Assembly: GCF_009914755.1 (NCBI RefSeq)
Contig: NC_060947.1
Reading direction: 5' to 3' (one strand)
DNA from: the human T2T-CHM13v2.0 reference genome, Homo sapiens
DNA length: 64,000 nt
Shown here: positions 13,690 to 28,608 of the stretch, in pieces
How the letters are laid out: each line of letters opens with the position of its first letter
Position numbering within the stretch: position 1 is the stretch's first letter
Notes under the pieces: generated by a model
Database searches by the model: none
Told to the model about the DNA's origin: nothing
The model's input: the letters and a program-made list of their open reading frames with translations, nothing else
Position numbers and translations under genes: made by a program

Positions 13690-14749
13690 TTTTTACATCT
13701 TTTATTTTATTAATGTTTTTAAAAAATTCAAATTCAATAGTCTTTGGAATACAAGTGATTTTTGGTTACATGAATGAATTGTATAGAAGTAAAATCAGAT
13801 ATTTTAGTGCACGTGTCACCCAAGTAGTGTACATTACACCCCAAAGGTAATTTTTTATCCCTCACTACCTTCCCACTCTGCCCCTTCTGAGTCTTCAAAG
13901 TCCATTCTACCACTCTGTCTGCCTTTGTGTACCTACAGCGTAGCTCCCACTTATAAGTGAGAACATACAGTATTTGGTTTTCCATTCCTGAATTACTTCA
14001 CTTAGAATAATGGCATCCAGCTCCATCAAAGTTGCTGCAAAAGACATTATTTCATTATTTTCTACGGCTGAGTAGTATTGCATGGTATGTGGCTGAATAG
14101 TATTTCACGGTATATGAAAATATATGCCACATTTTCTTTATCCACTCATTGGTCGGCTGGCACTTAGGATGGTTCCATATCTTTGCAACTGTGAATTGTG
14201 CTGCTATAAACATATGCGTGCAAGTGTCTTTTTGATATAATGAATTCTCTTCCTCTAGGTACATAATCGGTAGTGAGATTTCCAGATCAAATGTTAGATC
14301 TACTTTTAGTTCTTTAAGAAATCTTCATACTGTTTTCCATGTAGGTTGTACTAATTTACAATCACCAGCAGTGTACAAATGTTCCGTTTTCATCACATTC
14401 ACAACAAAATCTATTCAAAACCTCTGGGATACAGCAAAAGCAAGGCTAAGAGGAAATTTTCTAGCACCAAATGCCTACATCAAAGAGCCTGAAAGTTCAC
14501 AGTCTGACTACCTAACATCACACCTGAAGGAACTAGAGAATCAACAACAAAGCCAACACAAAGCTCCAGAAGAAAAGAAATAACAAAGATCAGAGCAGAA
14601 CTAAATGAAATTGAAACAAAAATATAAAAGATCAATGAAACAAAATGTTGATTCTTTGAAAAGATAAGTAAAATTGATAGACCAGTAGTTAGATTAACCA
14701 AGAAAAAAAGAGAGAAGATTCAAGTAAGCTCAGTTACAAATGAAAATGC
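13690..14749 (-). mobile_element. 5'-inverted, truncated L1PB-type element
   Basis: T-rich tail, 3'UTR and ORF2 C-terminus on the minus strand (about 13690-14400) are joined to a plus-strand ORF2 piece (QNLWDTAKA..., about 14401-14749). TSD AAATTTCTT at 13681-13689 and 14750-14758, followed by AAAA. Confidence 0.85.
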
Positions 14750-15259
14750 AAATTTCTTAAAACAGCATCTGGCAGTGTTCCACAAGTATGAGTAGTAGTA
14801 GTTGTTGTCATTATTAGTGTACCTCTATTTGGCTTAAGACTTTAAATGCAAATAAAATGACCAACATAGAATCTGAGCCATGCTAGTGTCTCTCTGGTGG
14901 GGAATAGACCCACCCATAAATTAGAAATTCCTTCTTGAGAAATTACCTTCTTTAATTTCAGGACTTAAAGTATTTAAATAGGCAGTGTCATTAGCCTGCT
15001 GATGAAATCTGAATCATTATTTCAGCATAGAATCCATGGTTGGCCATGCCTATCCCTGAGTACATTACATATATTTACTTTTTAAATGCTTTTTGTTGTG
15101 AAACATAATATAGGGAACCATTCATATAAACCCATGGTGACCATCACCCAGACCAAGAAATAAAACTTCCAGCAGCCAAATGGAACACTCTATATCATAG
15201 TTTCAAGATTAATCTACCTCTTTGCTTATTAGTTGTTGATTAATTTCTCACTGTATGAT

Positions 15260-15605
15260 TGTCTTAGTCTGTTTGTGCTGTTATAACAAAATGCCTGAGA
15301 CTGGGTAATTTACAAATAATACCAATGTATTCACTCACAGTTCTGGAGGCTGGGAAGTCCAAGATAAAGGCTCTGGCATTTGGTGTCTGGTGAGGGCCTT
15401 CCTGCTGTATCTTCACAAGGCAGAAGGTAGAAGGGCAAGAGAGCAAGCTGACTGAATGCTGCGTGAAGCCTTGTTTATAAGGGTCTTATTTTTATTAACA
15501 AAGAAGGAGCCCTCATGGCCTAATCACCACTTAAACACCCTACCTCTTAGTACTAGCACATTATCGACACCTGAATTTGGAAAGAGACACATTCAAACTA
15601 TAGCA
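15260..15605 (-). mobile_element. MaLR solo LTR (MSTD/MLT1A-like)
   Basis: Termini tgtcttagtc... and ...attcaaactatagca, with internal cacagttctggaggctgggaagtccaag. Confidence 0.8.
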
Positions 15606-15629
15606 AATTTTACTATTAATAAATACTGA

Positions 15630-16570
15630 AGTAGTTTTGGTTTGGGGCTATTACTATGCTGCTATGACATTCCCAAACATGTCTCCTGGAATATGAACAT
15701 ATGCATTTCTGTAGAGTGTATATATAGAAGTGAAATTGGTGGGCTATAGGTTATGCAGATCTTTGAATTTACTAAATAGTGCCAAATGGATTTCACTCCA
15801 AGAAGCAGTAGTGTAATTTTACACTTCTATTTACAATTCACAGACCAAGTAACATTGTGTGAAATTTCTAATTGCTGTATATTCTCACCACCACATGGAA
15901 TTGTCAGACTTATAAATTTCAATGATTCTGGTTGGTAAGCAGTGATATTTCATTTTAGTTTTAATTTGCATGGCCTGGACCATTAATGGGACTTAGAAAT
16001 TCTTTATATATTTATTGGCCGTTTGGATTTCTTATTTTGTAAAGATGACAAAAATCTTAACGTTACTATGATGCATAAAACACATTAGTTATTTACTATA
16101 AAGTGATCACCTTAAAAATGCCATCCAGGTCAAGATACAGAATATTGCCAGCAGGCCACAAGCCCTTTTTGTGCCATGGTTCACTTTTCAAGAACTTTTC
16201 CCATTTTTCTATTGGATTATCTGTTCTTTTCTGAAAGATTTGTAGGAATTCTTTATAATTATGAATACACACATTTCATCCATTATGTGTGTATTCCAAA
16301 TAATTTATCCTACTCTGTGGGTTTCATTTTTACTCTCTCAGTGCTGTCTTTTGATGTATAGATGTTATTAATATACAAGGTAGTCCACTTTATTATTTTT
16401 ATTCATGATTAGTGCTTCATCATTTGTGTAAGCAATTTTTTCTTACCCTATATTAATTAACATATTCTCCTCTATTTTACTGTAAAAGCTTTATCAATTT
16501 GTTTTTTTCTCATGTCAGTTTTTAGTCACCTGGGATTTTATTTTTGTATATAGTTTGAAACAGAATATAT
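15630..16570 (-). mobile_element. Ancient L1M(E) fragments
   Basis: T-rich decayed ORF2-3' sequence (gaagtgaaattggtggg, ttttaatttgcat, atttattggccgtttggatttc). Boundaries approximate. Confidence 0.55.
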
Positions 16571-17319
16571 ACTTTTTTCCTAAGCAGGAGACTCCATTTT
16601 AATTTTTTAGGTAAAACATGTGCACTGTACAAGATAATGCATGAACAGCAGAAAAATAAAAGTGTGTGCAGTGAAAAGCATCTGTCCCAATTTTGATCTG
16701 CTCACTCTGGTAGTTCTGCTCTCACTGTTAATAAAAATTTTATAATTTTAAATATTTATAGAACAAGGCAAAGAAATAAACACAGTGATATAAAATGATA
16801 GTCTCCTCATTCAGTTTTACTGCTTTCAATATATTCAATGCTGATATTTTTACAACTCTGGATTGACATTATACTTTGTAACACTCTATTTTATTGATCC
16901 CTAATCCTCCCTAGGTTGTGAGCCTTGTTCTCAGGCTTCAAATACGTTTGGAGTCATACTTTGATTTTAAGTTTCTCACAGTGTTTATAATACTTGAGCT
17001 TAGGAACTCATTCTCATGCCTTTATCCCCTCTCTTCGCTGTTGAAATTCTACACATTTTTTCCCTTATTTCTCATAACTTCACTTATTGCATTCTGAATA
17101 AACAGCAAAGATAAATTTTCTTTGACCTGTACCACCAACATCAACACCTAAAGTGACCTCTTTCCCATTATAGGGGACTCTTCTACTGTGCTTAATGGAG
17201 ACTAGGATGTGTTCCCCTCAAAGGAATTCTAGTTTTTATAGGTAAACTTGTTAAATGTCTTGTATGGACACTGCCTTATGAAACCTCATTTGCTTTCAAA
17301 GCTTCAACTAACATCTACA

Positions 17320-17540
17320 GCAGGTATTGGCAAACTTTATAGATAAAGATCTTGAGAACAAATATTTCAGGCTTTGTGGGCCGTATGGTTTTTGTTACAA
17401 CTACTCAACTCTGCCTTGAAGTTCAAAAAAAAGGTATACATGGAGCATAAGCAAATGGATATGGCTGGGATTCAATACTACTTTACAAAAACAAGTGGTG
17501 GGTGTAATTGGCCCATGGGCAGGAGATTATTGACTCTTAA
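17320..17540. mobile_element. MER58A-type hAT MITE
   Basis: caggtattggcaaac...caggctttgtgggccgtatgg...caactactcaactctgcc...ttggcccatgggc. Confidence 0.75.
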
Positions 17541-17686
17541 TCTAGGCTGATTATGACATAGCTCCAAATTTCAGCCCTTATCTGAGGTATATAGCCAACT
17601 GCTACTTGGACTATCCTCATCAGAACATTTGATGTGAACCTCAAAGATGTTATGTCAACAATTCCTTATTTTCCCATGCAAGTCTT

Positions 17687-18102
17687 TGATATGATTTGGA
17701 TCTGTGTCCCCACCCAAATCTCATATTAAATTGTAATCCCCAATGTTGGAGGTGGGGCCTGGTGAGAGGTGACTGGATCATCAGGGTGGTTTCTCACGGT
17801 TTAATACCATCCTCTTGGTACTGTCCTCATGAAAATGAGTGAGTTCTCCAAGATCTGGTTGTTTAAAAGTAGGTAGCCACCCACCCCCACCACCAACTCT
17901 CTCTCTCTGCTTTCGCCATGTGAAATGCCTACACCTGCTCTGCCTTCCACCATGAGTAAAAGCTCCCTGAGGCCTCCCCAGAAACAGATGTTGCTATGCT
18001 TCCTGTAGAGCCTGCAGAATCGTCAGCCAATTAAACCTCTTTACTTTATAAACACCCAGTCTCAGGTATTTCTTTATAGCAATGCAAGAATGGCCTAATC
18101 CA
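17687..18102 (+). mobile_element. MST-family (MSTB-like) solo LTR
   Basis: TGATATGATTTGGATCTGTGTCCCC...AATTAAACCTC...GCCTAATCCA with a 5-bp TSD GTCTT/GTCCT. Confidence 0.9.
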
Positions 18103-18579
18103 GTCCTTAGTTTTAATTTTAGTCAATGATTTCCAAGCTAGAAATCTTGAGACCATCGTTTACTTCTCGACTTCTTTCTTATCATGCTTGTCTCTATATT
18201 TTATCAATTCTAAACCAGAAATGACTCTTTAATTTAGCCTCTTCTCTCTAGCCCCACTGTCGTGGCCTTTCTTGAAAACTCCTAATAACTTTTCCTCAGC
18301 ATATTCCAACTCATCTCTCCCTATTTTCGGTTTCTCAGCGCTCTCTAACAGACAACCTCACTTCCTACTTTGGTCCCTATACAAACATTCACATAGCCCA
18401 CCATGTATACTGTACTGAAAACATAGAAAATCTGAAAATTTTCATAACAACCAAAATTCCTTTTTTACTGTGGGCCTTTTGCTGTATTTTAGAATGACAC
18501 CCTATCTAAAATGTCACTATTCCATAAGGCTTCTCTCCCTTGGAATTAGTTACTTCATAAGACAAGCTTCCACAGCTTT

Positions 18580-18775
18580 GTGAAAACCTCTATTAACATA
18601 CTACTTCATGTTCTAATTATGTATTTACAAGGCTGTTTGTTCCAGTACACTATGTACCTCTTAGAATAAGGAAGATGTTTTATGCACCTTTGAATTCCTG
18701 GTACTAAGCGCTGTTCCTGGTACATGATAAATGTTGAATACATTTTAATAACTGAATGAATGAATAAAAAAGTCC
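18580..18775 (+). mobile_element. L2 3' end
   Basis: Ends ...gttcctggtacatgataaatgttgaatac...actgaatgaatgaat, the typical L2 tail. Confidence 0.65.
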
Positions 18776-19299
18776 ATGAGTAATTTCACAAACCCCTTAT
18801 ATCTTCCATTTAAGAGCCATGAATGCTTGGATACACTATTTTACCTCTGAGTCTCAGTTATCTCACACATAAACCCAGAATAATACTGCCTACCTCATTC
18901 AGCTTTTTCAGGAGGATGAAAGTACACTCCAAGTTATAAATAGCAATAAAATTTAGTATTATCGATATTAATACAGTTAGTAATCTATAAATTTTTAATA
19001 CCGACACAGAATTTAGAATAAAAAAATCAATCTACATCAGAAATCATTTTCCAAATATATCAGCAATCACATAATTGTTGTTTTCATTAATAAAAGACAC
19101 AAAATGATGATTCTTAAAGATAAATAATTTAGCAAGTTCAACACCATCCTAAAAAGAATACACTTTGCACAAATTTACTGAGACCTAATTTAAATATGAG
19201 GATGCACATTTAGGGACTGTGACTCTTTTAAGGTGAGTGTTTTAAACCAAAACAATATTGATAAAATTCACCCTAAAGAAGTCAATAGCATTATTTAAA

Positions 19300-19426
19300 A
19301 ACAGATGATTGGATAAAGAATATGTGGAGATATATCTCCACATATTCTTTTATTTATATGTGTGTGAATGAATGTATTCCATTGTGTAGTATTCCATTGT
19401 GTGTCTATCCTAGCTTCTAAGTCTAA

Positions 19427-19477
<51 letters not shown>

Positions 19478-19885
19478 CACACAAATTGCGTATGGAATAA
19501 ACAATTTCATATACACAATGAAAAATACTACAAAGCCATAGTAAAGAATGAAATCATGTCTTTTGCAGCAACATGGATGGAACTGGTGGTCATCTTAAGT
19601 GGAATAACTCAAAAACAGAAAGTCAAATATTGCATGTTCTCACTTACAAGTGGAAGCTAAATAATGTGTACACATGCGCACAGAGTGTGGAATAATAGAC
19701 ACTGGAGACTCAGAAGGGCGAGAGGGTGGGATGGGGGCGAAGGATAGGAAATTGCTTAATGGAGAAAAGGTACATCATTTGCATGATGGGTACACAAAAA
19801 ACCAGACTTCGCCACTCTGCAATATATCCATGTAACAAAAATGTACTTGTATACCTTAAATTTATACAAACAAAAAAATAATAAA
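19300..19885 (+). mobile_element. L1PB/L1MA 3' end with an embedded (AT)n
   Basis: ORF2 C-terminus KNEIMSFAATWMEL...KYCMFSLTSGS, then 3'UTR and A-tail. Confidence 0.85.
19429..19470. repeat. (AT)21 microsatellite
   Basis: Perfect AT run, counted in the sequence. Confidence 0.95.
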
Positions 19886-21759
19886 ATTACTTAAATGTTG
19901 ATTGCATTATTTGTAAGAACTCACAAACAATTCAGGTTATCACTAAGACTATTAAAATAAATCTTAAAATTCTTTAGATTTCTAAAGTGTTGTTTAAACT
20001 TTGCTGGACTCTTATTGGGCTTAAATCTCTAGACAGGCAGATCTGTGGAGGAGGACGCTGTAACAGAAAAGCCTCATCAATAAGCTGAAATTGCTTTAGA
20101 TAAACGAGGACTTTTTGATCTGAAAGTGCACACAAAAATACATATACTTTAATATGTATATAAGTATACACACATATCAGAAACTTGGCCTGAGTGATTT
20201 TTAGGGGGCTAAGGGGACCTTAATTAAGCACTCTATTTTGGCTTAGGGGAAAACACCGTAAATATCCTTGAGATAAATTGATAAGTACTCAAATAGTTAG
20301 AGATTCATTTCTTTACCTATGCTTGGTATCTGATTATTTAACTCCTTAGTAATAACAAAGAAAGCAAAAGTGTCCCTGATATTACTATTGTCTAGAACTC
20401 CGCAAATTTTCTTTGCCCTTCTCTTTTATAAATCTCTTTGACACAATATAATGTTCCAGCAGACAACTGACAATGTAAAGGTTGTGATATTTGAAAATTC
20501 CATCATGATGGAAAAATATTCAGGGTGTACTATTCCTGCACTGCTTCTGAAAAAATATGTAGGATTATGCTAATATTAACCTAAAATTATGCAATTTCAA
20601 TGTCTTGATTTGGCACAATTAGCACCCTGTAAAAATACCCAAAGTAGCAGAAATAGTTTGCTATTAGTGATCTGTAATGCTACTTTTAATACCAAGACCT
20701 TTTGGAGAAATCAGCTACAGAAACTGACTCAGCAGGCTAAGTTAAATAATTTAAATTTCTTAATAAGTTTAAACTGACATACTCTCTGAGGATTTGATAT
20801 ATTCAAGGGTCTCCTTTATAAAATGTGAGCATTTAATTGAGTCTTAATTTACATATCCTCTACTATATAGTCCACATGAAGAGGATATGGTGTTAGACAT
20901 CCTAGCTTCCAAGTCTTAGCTTTCATTTGTTGGCTAGAGGGGATATTTGAAATAATGATGCCTTTCTCTTCATTCAAACACAAAACATATATAATAGGTG
21001 TAGGAACTTTTACCCAGAAATAGGAGCAAAAGCAACCACAAATATATGCTATGCACTCTAATTAAAACTTCAGATTAAGTACATGATTAAATATACTCCA
21101 CAGCACCTTGGGGTAGGTACTATCATTTTATTCATTTTGCAAATGAGAAAACTGAGACTTTGGGAGTCTAACTTGTATGTTTCTAATCAGGAATGCAAGA
21201 CAATAACATAGCTGAATAAGGATAGCTTATAGTGTATATGTTTTTTGTTTCTTGTTTTTTTTAAGTGTCATTTGAATCAGTAAACACTGTATTAGCTTGT
21301 GAAAGAGAAAAAATCCTACTTCTCCTATAATATACTATCCTCTTGGAAATAAATCATGTTGTTATTGGATAGTTACACTCACGTGTTTCTGATCATGAAA
21401 TTTATATTTCAAAGGAATGGATTAATAAATAACCTAACCTCCTTTCTAAGCAGCATTTGCTCAAAATAACATATTTCTAGACACTTCTCATTATATATCA
21501 TGACAAGTACCTCATACTCTCAAATCAAAATGGAATTTCTCTTGATTTTTCAGAAACATCCTTGGTGGTTCTTCATCTTTTGGTTTATTTTTGTTTATAT
21601 TATTCCTTTTCTTAAAGTATCGTTGCTTATATTGTCCTAAATTTTTCTATACCTTCCTCCATGAGAACCTTTCTGATACTACCAATTAGAAGTAATCCCT
21701 CCCCTCTTTAATAACACTCTTTTTATTAGGGTGATTATTTTTCTTGATTCTTTTTTGTA

Positions 21760-21837
21760 ACCACCTTAATGAAGTATGATTGACATACAAAAAGCTGTAC
21801 ATATTTTACATATATATATATATATCTCAAAGAGTTT

Positions 21838-21878
<41 letters not shown>

Positions 21879-22130
21879 CAAAGAGTTTGGGAATAAGTAT
21901 ACACCCACAAAACCATCGCCACCATGAAGGCTATAAACATATCTGTCATCACTCAAAATTTCCTCTTGTCCCCTTTATTATTGTTGTTACTGGTGGTAAG
22001 AACACAACATAAGATTTCTTAGGAAATTTTAAGTGTCCGAAACAGCATTATTAGCTATAGGCACTATGCTGTATAATAGATCTCCAGAATTTTATCTTCC
22101 ATAACTGAAACTTTGTAGTCTTTAACACTC
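21760..22130 (-). mobile_element. L1M 3' end with two (AT)n runs (about 21810-21825 and 21842-21874)
   Basis: gaagtatgattgacatacaaaaagctgtacata...ctataggcactatgctgtataatagatctccag. Confidence 0.7.
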
Positions 22131-22348
22131 CTTTTGTCCTGCTTTAAAGAATTTATTCTACTCTAATTTACATTAGTGTCATTACGTCTAAACCACACTA
22201 AATGCTCCCTAAGGGTAGAAACTATATTGAATCACCATTTTTACCTCCTATAACAGGTGCCAAAAAATAATGTTGCACTTAATTTTTGCAGATTCAAATT
22301 TATCCATAAGTAATTTTAATACAAATAATTGGTATCCACTTCAAATGA

Positions 22349-22692
<344 letters not shown>

Positions 22693-22809
22693 AAAAACAT
22701 GTTCTTTAGAACTCCCAAAGTATCATCTTTTAGTATGAAGATTTTTTTTGAAATTAAGAACAAGTAGTAAAACAATCAGGTTGTACAGCATACAAAATTT
22801 GAAGACAAG

Positions 22810-23005
22810 CAAACGTGAGTTTGAAATTCTGTTTTATTGCCTAACAGTGCTTTGTAAACTTCAGCAAGTGATTTAATTTCCTGATTTCAGAGTTCTCATT
22901 TGTGAAATAGGCATAATATATATTTCACAGGGTTGTTATAAGAATTAAAAATAATACAGTGAAGTTTTCTGAGCCCATAGTAAGTGCTCAATGGTGGCAA
23001 TAACA
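22810..23005 (+). mobile_element. MIR SINE
   Basis: gagtttgaaattctg...gcaagtgatttaatttcc...ctcatttgtgaaataggcataat...tagtaagtgctcaat. Confidence 0.7.
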
Positions 23006-24205
23006 ATAATCATAATATCCAAATATATATACAGTATATAATTTCTGTTATTTAGAAAATATTAAGTTATCAAATACATGTACACATATATGAATATTTT
23101 CAATATCTATGAATGAGGAAAATATGTATAACTGATTTTATACATTTCCTCATTGGCACATGAAAGTTGTATATCTTCAGCTAAATTTAGTCTTCTTGCC
23201 CTTTAAGGCTCAAACATTTTACTATGTGTAAATGATTTTACTGCTATTGTAATTGGGCAAACCAAAACAATTACAGTAAATGGAATCATATGTCTTTGTT
23301 TCGTTCTCAACGAGGGAGGAACAGTACACTTAACACAGCTACAAAAAAATTTAACTTACTTTTTTCTGCTAAAGGAAAATGAGATGAAAAAGCCATTTTA
23401 TTTTAAAACGAATGGCAGATTTTGATTTCGAGGCAAGTAAGGCAATTTCGTGTTATCTTCCCAAAAGTATGGTGAGAATATGAATTCCAAATATGCGGAG
23501 TATGAATAAAAAATAGAAAGGTATGACATTTTTCTTCTTAGGCAGCCAAAATGATATTTCTTCCATAGGCTGCTGCGGCAAATCAAAATACACCACTTGA
23601 GATCAGCTTACGAAAATGTCCCTTTTACATGGGACTCATTTTCTTTGGCCATAAAAAATTAAAGATTAAGATCTCTGTCTATCTTTGAATATATATGGCA
23701 TGAGACCACACTTACAAATACATAAATAAAACTGAAACAATTCACTTTTTACTTAGCTTTATTCTAAACGGGAAATTCTATTTTCTCTCTTACTACTATT
23801 CTACTTTCTCTATTTTCTCTCACTGGCACCATTACCTTCCACAAGACTGTTTTTCCTGTGAAGGTAGTTATAATTAACAAGAGCCTATACACACATAAAA
23901 GTTTTCATTTACCATATTAGTGAACATATCAAGCTATCATTTTTCTTAATGTTTACTAAGTTTTACTTTATTGAAACCAATCTCAAAGGTTGCAGCATTT
24001 AAAAAAGTGACATTTATAATTCTCAATTATAAAATAATTTTCCAAAGAAAGAAAAAAATTCCAATTTTACTTTTATAAGTTGGAATTTACTATATATACA
24101 CACAAATATAGTATGATTTGTGTGTGTTTGCAACACACAAATATAGTATTATTGAAAAAGGAGGAATTTAGATGTTCCAAGTGGCATTAACAGAAAATTA
24201 GTTCT

Positions 24206-24268
24206 GAAATTATGCCAGATTAGCATTTCAACTAGAAATTATGCCAGATTAGCATTTCAACTAGAAAT
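24206..24268. repeat. Perfect 29-bp tandem duplication
   Basis: GAAATTATGCCAGATTAGCATTTCAACTA twice, plus GAAAT. Confidence 0.95.
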
Positions 24269-25741
24269 AGCAAGGAAAAACTTCTAGGCTATAAGAGGTC
24301 ATAAGTAGTAAAGAAAATAAGAACTATTTTCAGGAGACATGACCTATTCTGCCGGGAGTTGCACCCATAAGGCAGAGGGAACGGGTCCAAAATATTTTCT
24401 TATAAAAATAGAGATACAGTAATTAATTTCAAGGCAGATTTCAGTTTATCTATTTTTGATAAATTTGTTAAATCAATTAAATATGCCAGGGGCCCCTTAT
24501 TAGGAGTATGGCTGTAAGGCTAATTTTAGTTTGAATCTACTGACACCATAAACATTAAGAGGATTTCACCCCCACTCCTACCCACTCCCTAGCCTGTATG
24601 TAACTGTGGGAGCAGGGCAGTTCCAGGATGACACCATGTTAGAAAGACAACTTCACTGCAAATTTACTGAACTGAAATCTGACCCAAGTATAGCAGCTCT
24701 AAGTCAAAGAAAATGTCATCACATCTGACTTACTACCTTATGAGTAAATATCATCACAAAAGTCGGGCCCCTTTTGCTATTTTATATTCTATCTTATTAA
24801 AACACAGGTGCACGAGGGAAATGTTCTTGGCATAAAACTACTACATTCATTAAATTTTTTCTTTCCCACACCGGAAGGCACATGTCTAAACCTGTAGGGG
24901 TTGCTTTATTATTTAATTAGAGCAGATTCTTTTCTATCATTTTAGGTGTTTCATCTAAAGTTTGATTAACATCAGTATATGCTGTGCTCTCAGGCAAGTA
25001 AATATAGCTGCCGTAGAAAGAGAAATAAGCAGAAGCAACATTTTAAAAAATAAAGAATAACATGAACATGGAAAGAAAAAGAACCTTTAAGAAATAAAAT
25101 ATCCACAAAGCTCACTAGAAATGCTTCCTAAACGTGTATGAAGCGTATGTGTTTGTACATTTTATTTCACCACTGATTCATTTACTCAATCTTTTGATAA
25201 ACATTTATTGAGCGCTTAGTCCTGAGGCTAGCAGTGTGTTGAATTCGGAAGGTGTAAAGCTGAAAAAGATACTATCTCTATCAATGGGCAATTGACAGTT
25301 TAGTTGCACAGTATTTTAAGGAGGGTATGAACTGAAGTTGTAGCACATGCTGTACTTGCTCCATGCACTTCCCCTTGCCTTTCCATTTCAAAATACACTG
25401 GTTTGACTTCCAAATGCCAGCATTTGGATTTCATTACCTATGGAATCTTTCTGGTTGCAGAGGTCTGATGCTGATGTTACTGGGGTGGGGAGCATATTTT
25501 TCAACCAGTGGCATGGAAGGAATGGCCCAAGGGCTAGTTGGGCAAGATGTACTAGATCAACATTATGAAGGTTCATGAATATCAAAGTTTTTGAGTTCAT
25601 TTATGCAGAAGTAGTTTATTGCAAAAGAGTACCACACAAAATAAATAGCTGCAGATCTTTCACAATACAATAAATTAAAAAACTTCTTGGAGGGGGAGAA
25701 TATATAGAGCATTCCCAATCCACTTCCTGGTACAATTTCTT

Positions 25742-26089
<348 letters not shown>

Positions 26090-27122
26090 TAGGCTTCATT
26101 TTGTGCCAAAATTGTATATATATGTAAGCTATACTTCACCATGTTTTCCATTAACCCTACAACTGCGATTTCGGCAGCTTCATGCTTCTCAAGAGCCATG
26201 GTATGGGTCACAGTAAAACTGGCTGGTCCACCAAATAGACAGCAGGGACGGCAGTGGTGAATAGTCCCATGACCACGAGAGACCAGAAAGAATTAGTTGT
26301 CTATAGCTACTCTTGTCTGTGAGATTATAGTTCATTTTCGCCTTGAAAGGAAGGTTTTAGTTATGTTGGGTCAGGAAAAGACAGATGGGTTATTATTTAT
26401 TGCCTATCAGTTTTAACCACGTGCAAATGAACGTTATGCAAGATGAGAGCATAGGAGAAGCTAGAAGTCTAATCAGTTCTTGAAGAAGGAAAGTGAAATT
26501 GTGACATTTGACATTTAAAAATATAATTTTGTAAGCTATAAAGAAGGGGGTGGTGAGAAGTTAGAATAGTGGTTTGCAAACTTGCTGTACAATGGAGTCA
26601 TCCAAGGATCTTAAAAAAAAAATACACCAGAGATCTGATTCAACTGATTTGGGACATGGCCAGGGCATCAGAATTTTCACCCAATATTTTAACATAACAA
26701 ATTTCAAAAATGCAATAACATTTTTAAAAATTACAAGTGATATCTATATATCTAGATTCCACCATGAACATTTTACTATACTCGTTTTGATCACATATCT
26801 TTTCCTTCCTCCGATCCATCCATCAATCAATCATATTTTTGATGCATATCCAGGTAAACTGCTGACATCAGTATCATTCACCTTAAATACCTCAATATGG
26901 ATATCACTGAATAGAATTCATAAGGTTTCTTTATTATTATGTTATTATTTACTGTATTTGGTGTCCTCTTTACCTTATGGCCAATTCAAGTAATAACTCT
27001 GCAAGGTAGTTATTACTTAGAAGGAAAAAAAGATTCAGAGACATTAAGTCATCTTTTAATGTTCACATGGGAAGTAAAAGGTAGAGTTGGATTCAAATCC
27101 AGCTTTCACTTATCCCATAAAA

Positions 27123-27652
27123 CAGTGGTCCCTGACCCTTTTGGCACCAGGAACTGATTTTGTGGAAGACAATTTTTCCGTGGACCGGGTTGGAGGATGG
27201 TTTCCATATGATTCAAGTGCATTACAGTTATTGCACACATTATTTATATTATTATCACATTATAATATATAATGAAATAATTATACAACTCACCATAATG
27301 TAGATTCAGTGGGAGCCTTGAGCTTCCTTTCCTGCAGCTAGATGGTCCCATCTGGGGGGTGATGGGAGACAGTGACAGATCATGCAGCATTAGATTCTCA
27401 TAAGGAGCATGCAACCTAGATCCCTTGCATGAGTAGTTCACAATAGGGTTTGTGCTCCTATGGGAATTTAATGTGGCTGCTGATCTGACAGGAGGTGGAG
27501 CTCAGGCAGAAATGGAGTGATGAGGAGCAGCTGTAAATACAGATGAAGCTTCCTTCCCTAGCCCGCTGCTGCTCACCTACTGCTTTGCGAATCGGGTCCC
27601 TAACAGGCAACGGATTGGTACGGGTCTGTGGCTCTGGGGTTGAGGTACCCTG
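27123..27652. mobile_element. MER1A-type hAT-Charlie element
   Basis: 530 bp with CAG...CTG termini and cttttggcaccagg...ggaagacaatttttcc. Exact 8-bp TSD CCATAAAA at 27115-27122 and 27653-27660. Confidence 0.9.
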
Positions 27653-28608
27653 CCATAAAATACTATATTTTTTTCATTTTTCCAAATGTCTCTAATGCTA
27701 TGAGGGTAGAAGTGGAAAGGAGTCGAATTAGATATTTAATTTGAAGTCTACCCATTACAATTTTGGAAGGTTAGAGGCCAAAAGGGGGTGTATCTTGTTT
27801 TATTTTTTCAAGTTTTTCTAACATGACAACTGTTGAAAAATAAGTATCATGTACAAAAGGTAAATAAAAGTGGCCTTCACTTTGTTTTCATTTGGAGTAT
27901 TTATTCATCTTATAATGCCTTAACATGGATTTTTAACTTAATGAAATCGCCCTTAAATTTGTCATTAACAGACTATTGTTTTAGTTTTAGTGTTTTTTAA
28001 CCATAAAAATATTGTCATTGTATTAAAAAATAAGAATTTCCAAGTTACAAAATGACAGTGAAAAAAACCAGCCATACCATTCCACCCTCACATAACAGCT
28101 ATCAGGATGAAGAATAATTTTTCTCTTTATCATTTATTAGTTCTCTAACCTAATTTTTTAAGGAATTCATTTAAAATCATGGTAAAATAAAATGAAAATA
28201 TAACTAATAAGATAGTATTTGAGGTGATAGGATTTCCTCCTCAGCAATGAAAATCTTACATAATCATTTAAAGACCGGTGAAGTGCTGAAAATCAGACAA
28301 AATTACAATGTGAAAATCATCAAGAGGAAACAAGTCTATTTTAAAGGAATGCCAATTAGACTGACAACTTACCGTTCAACAGAAAATATGGAAGCCTGAG
28401 AACAATCATGCTATCTTCAATGTGATTAACTGGAATGCTGTTTGGTAGGACATGCCATCCTCAGTTTAACTAGATTATTGCTAAATTACACTCTAAATTG
28501 GTTGTACCAACTTAAATTTCTACAAGAATGAGAGTTTGTGACCTTTCACAATCTTATTTTATTTTTTACTTGTTCCAGTCCGATGGGAGTACGTTATCTC
28601 ACTTAGTA

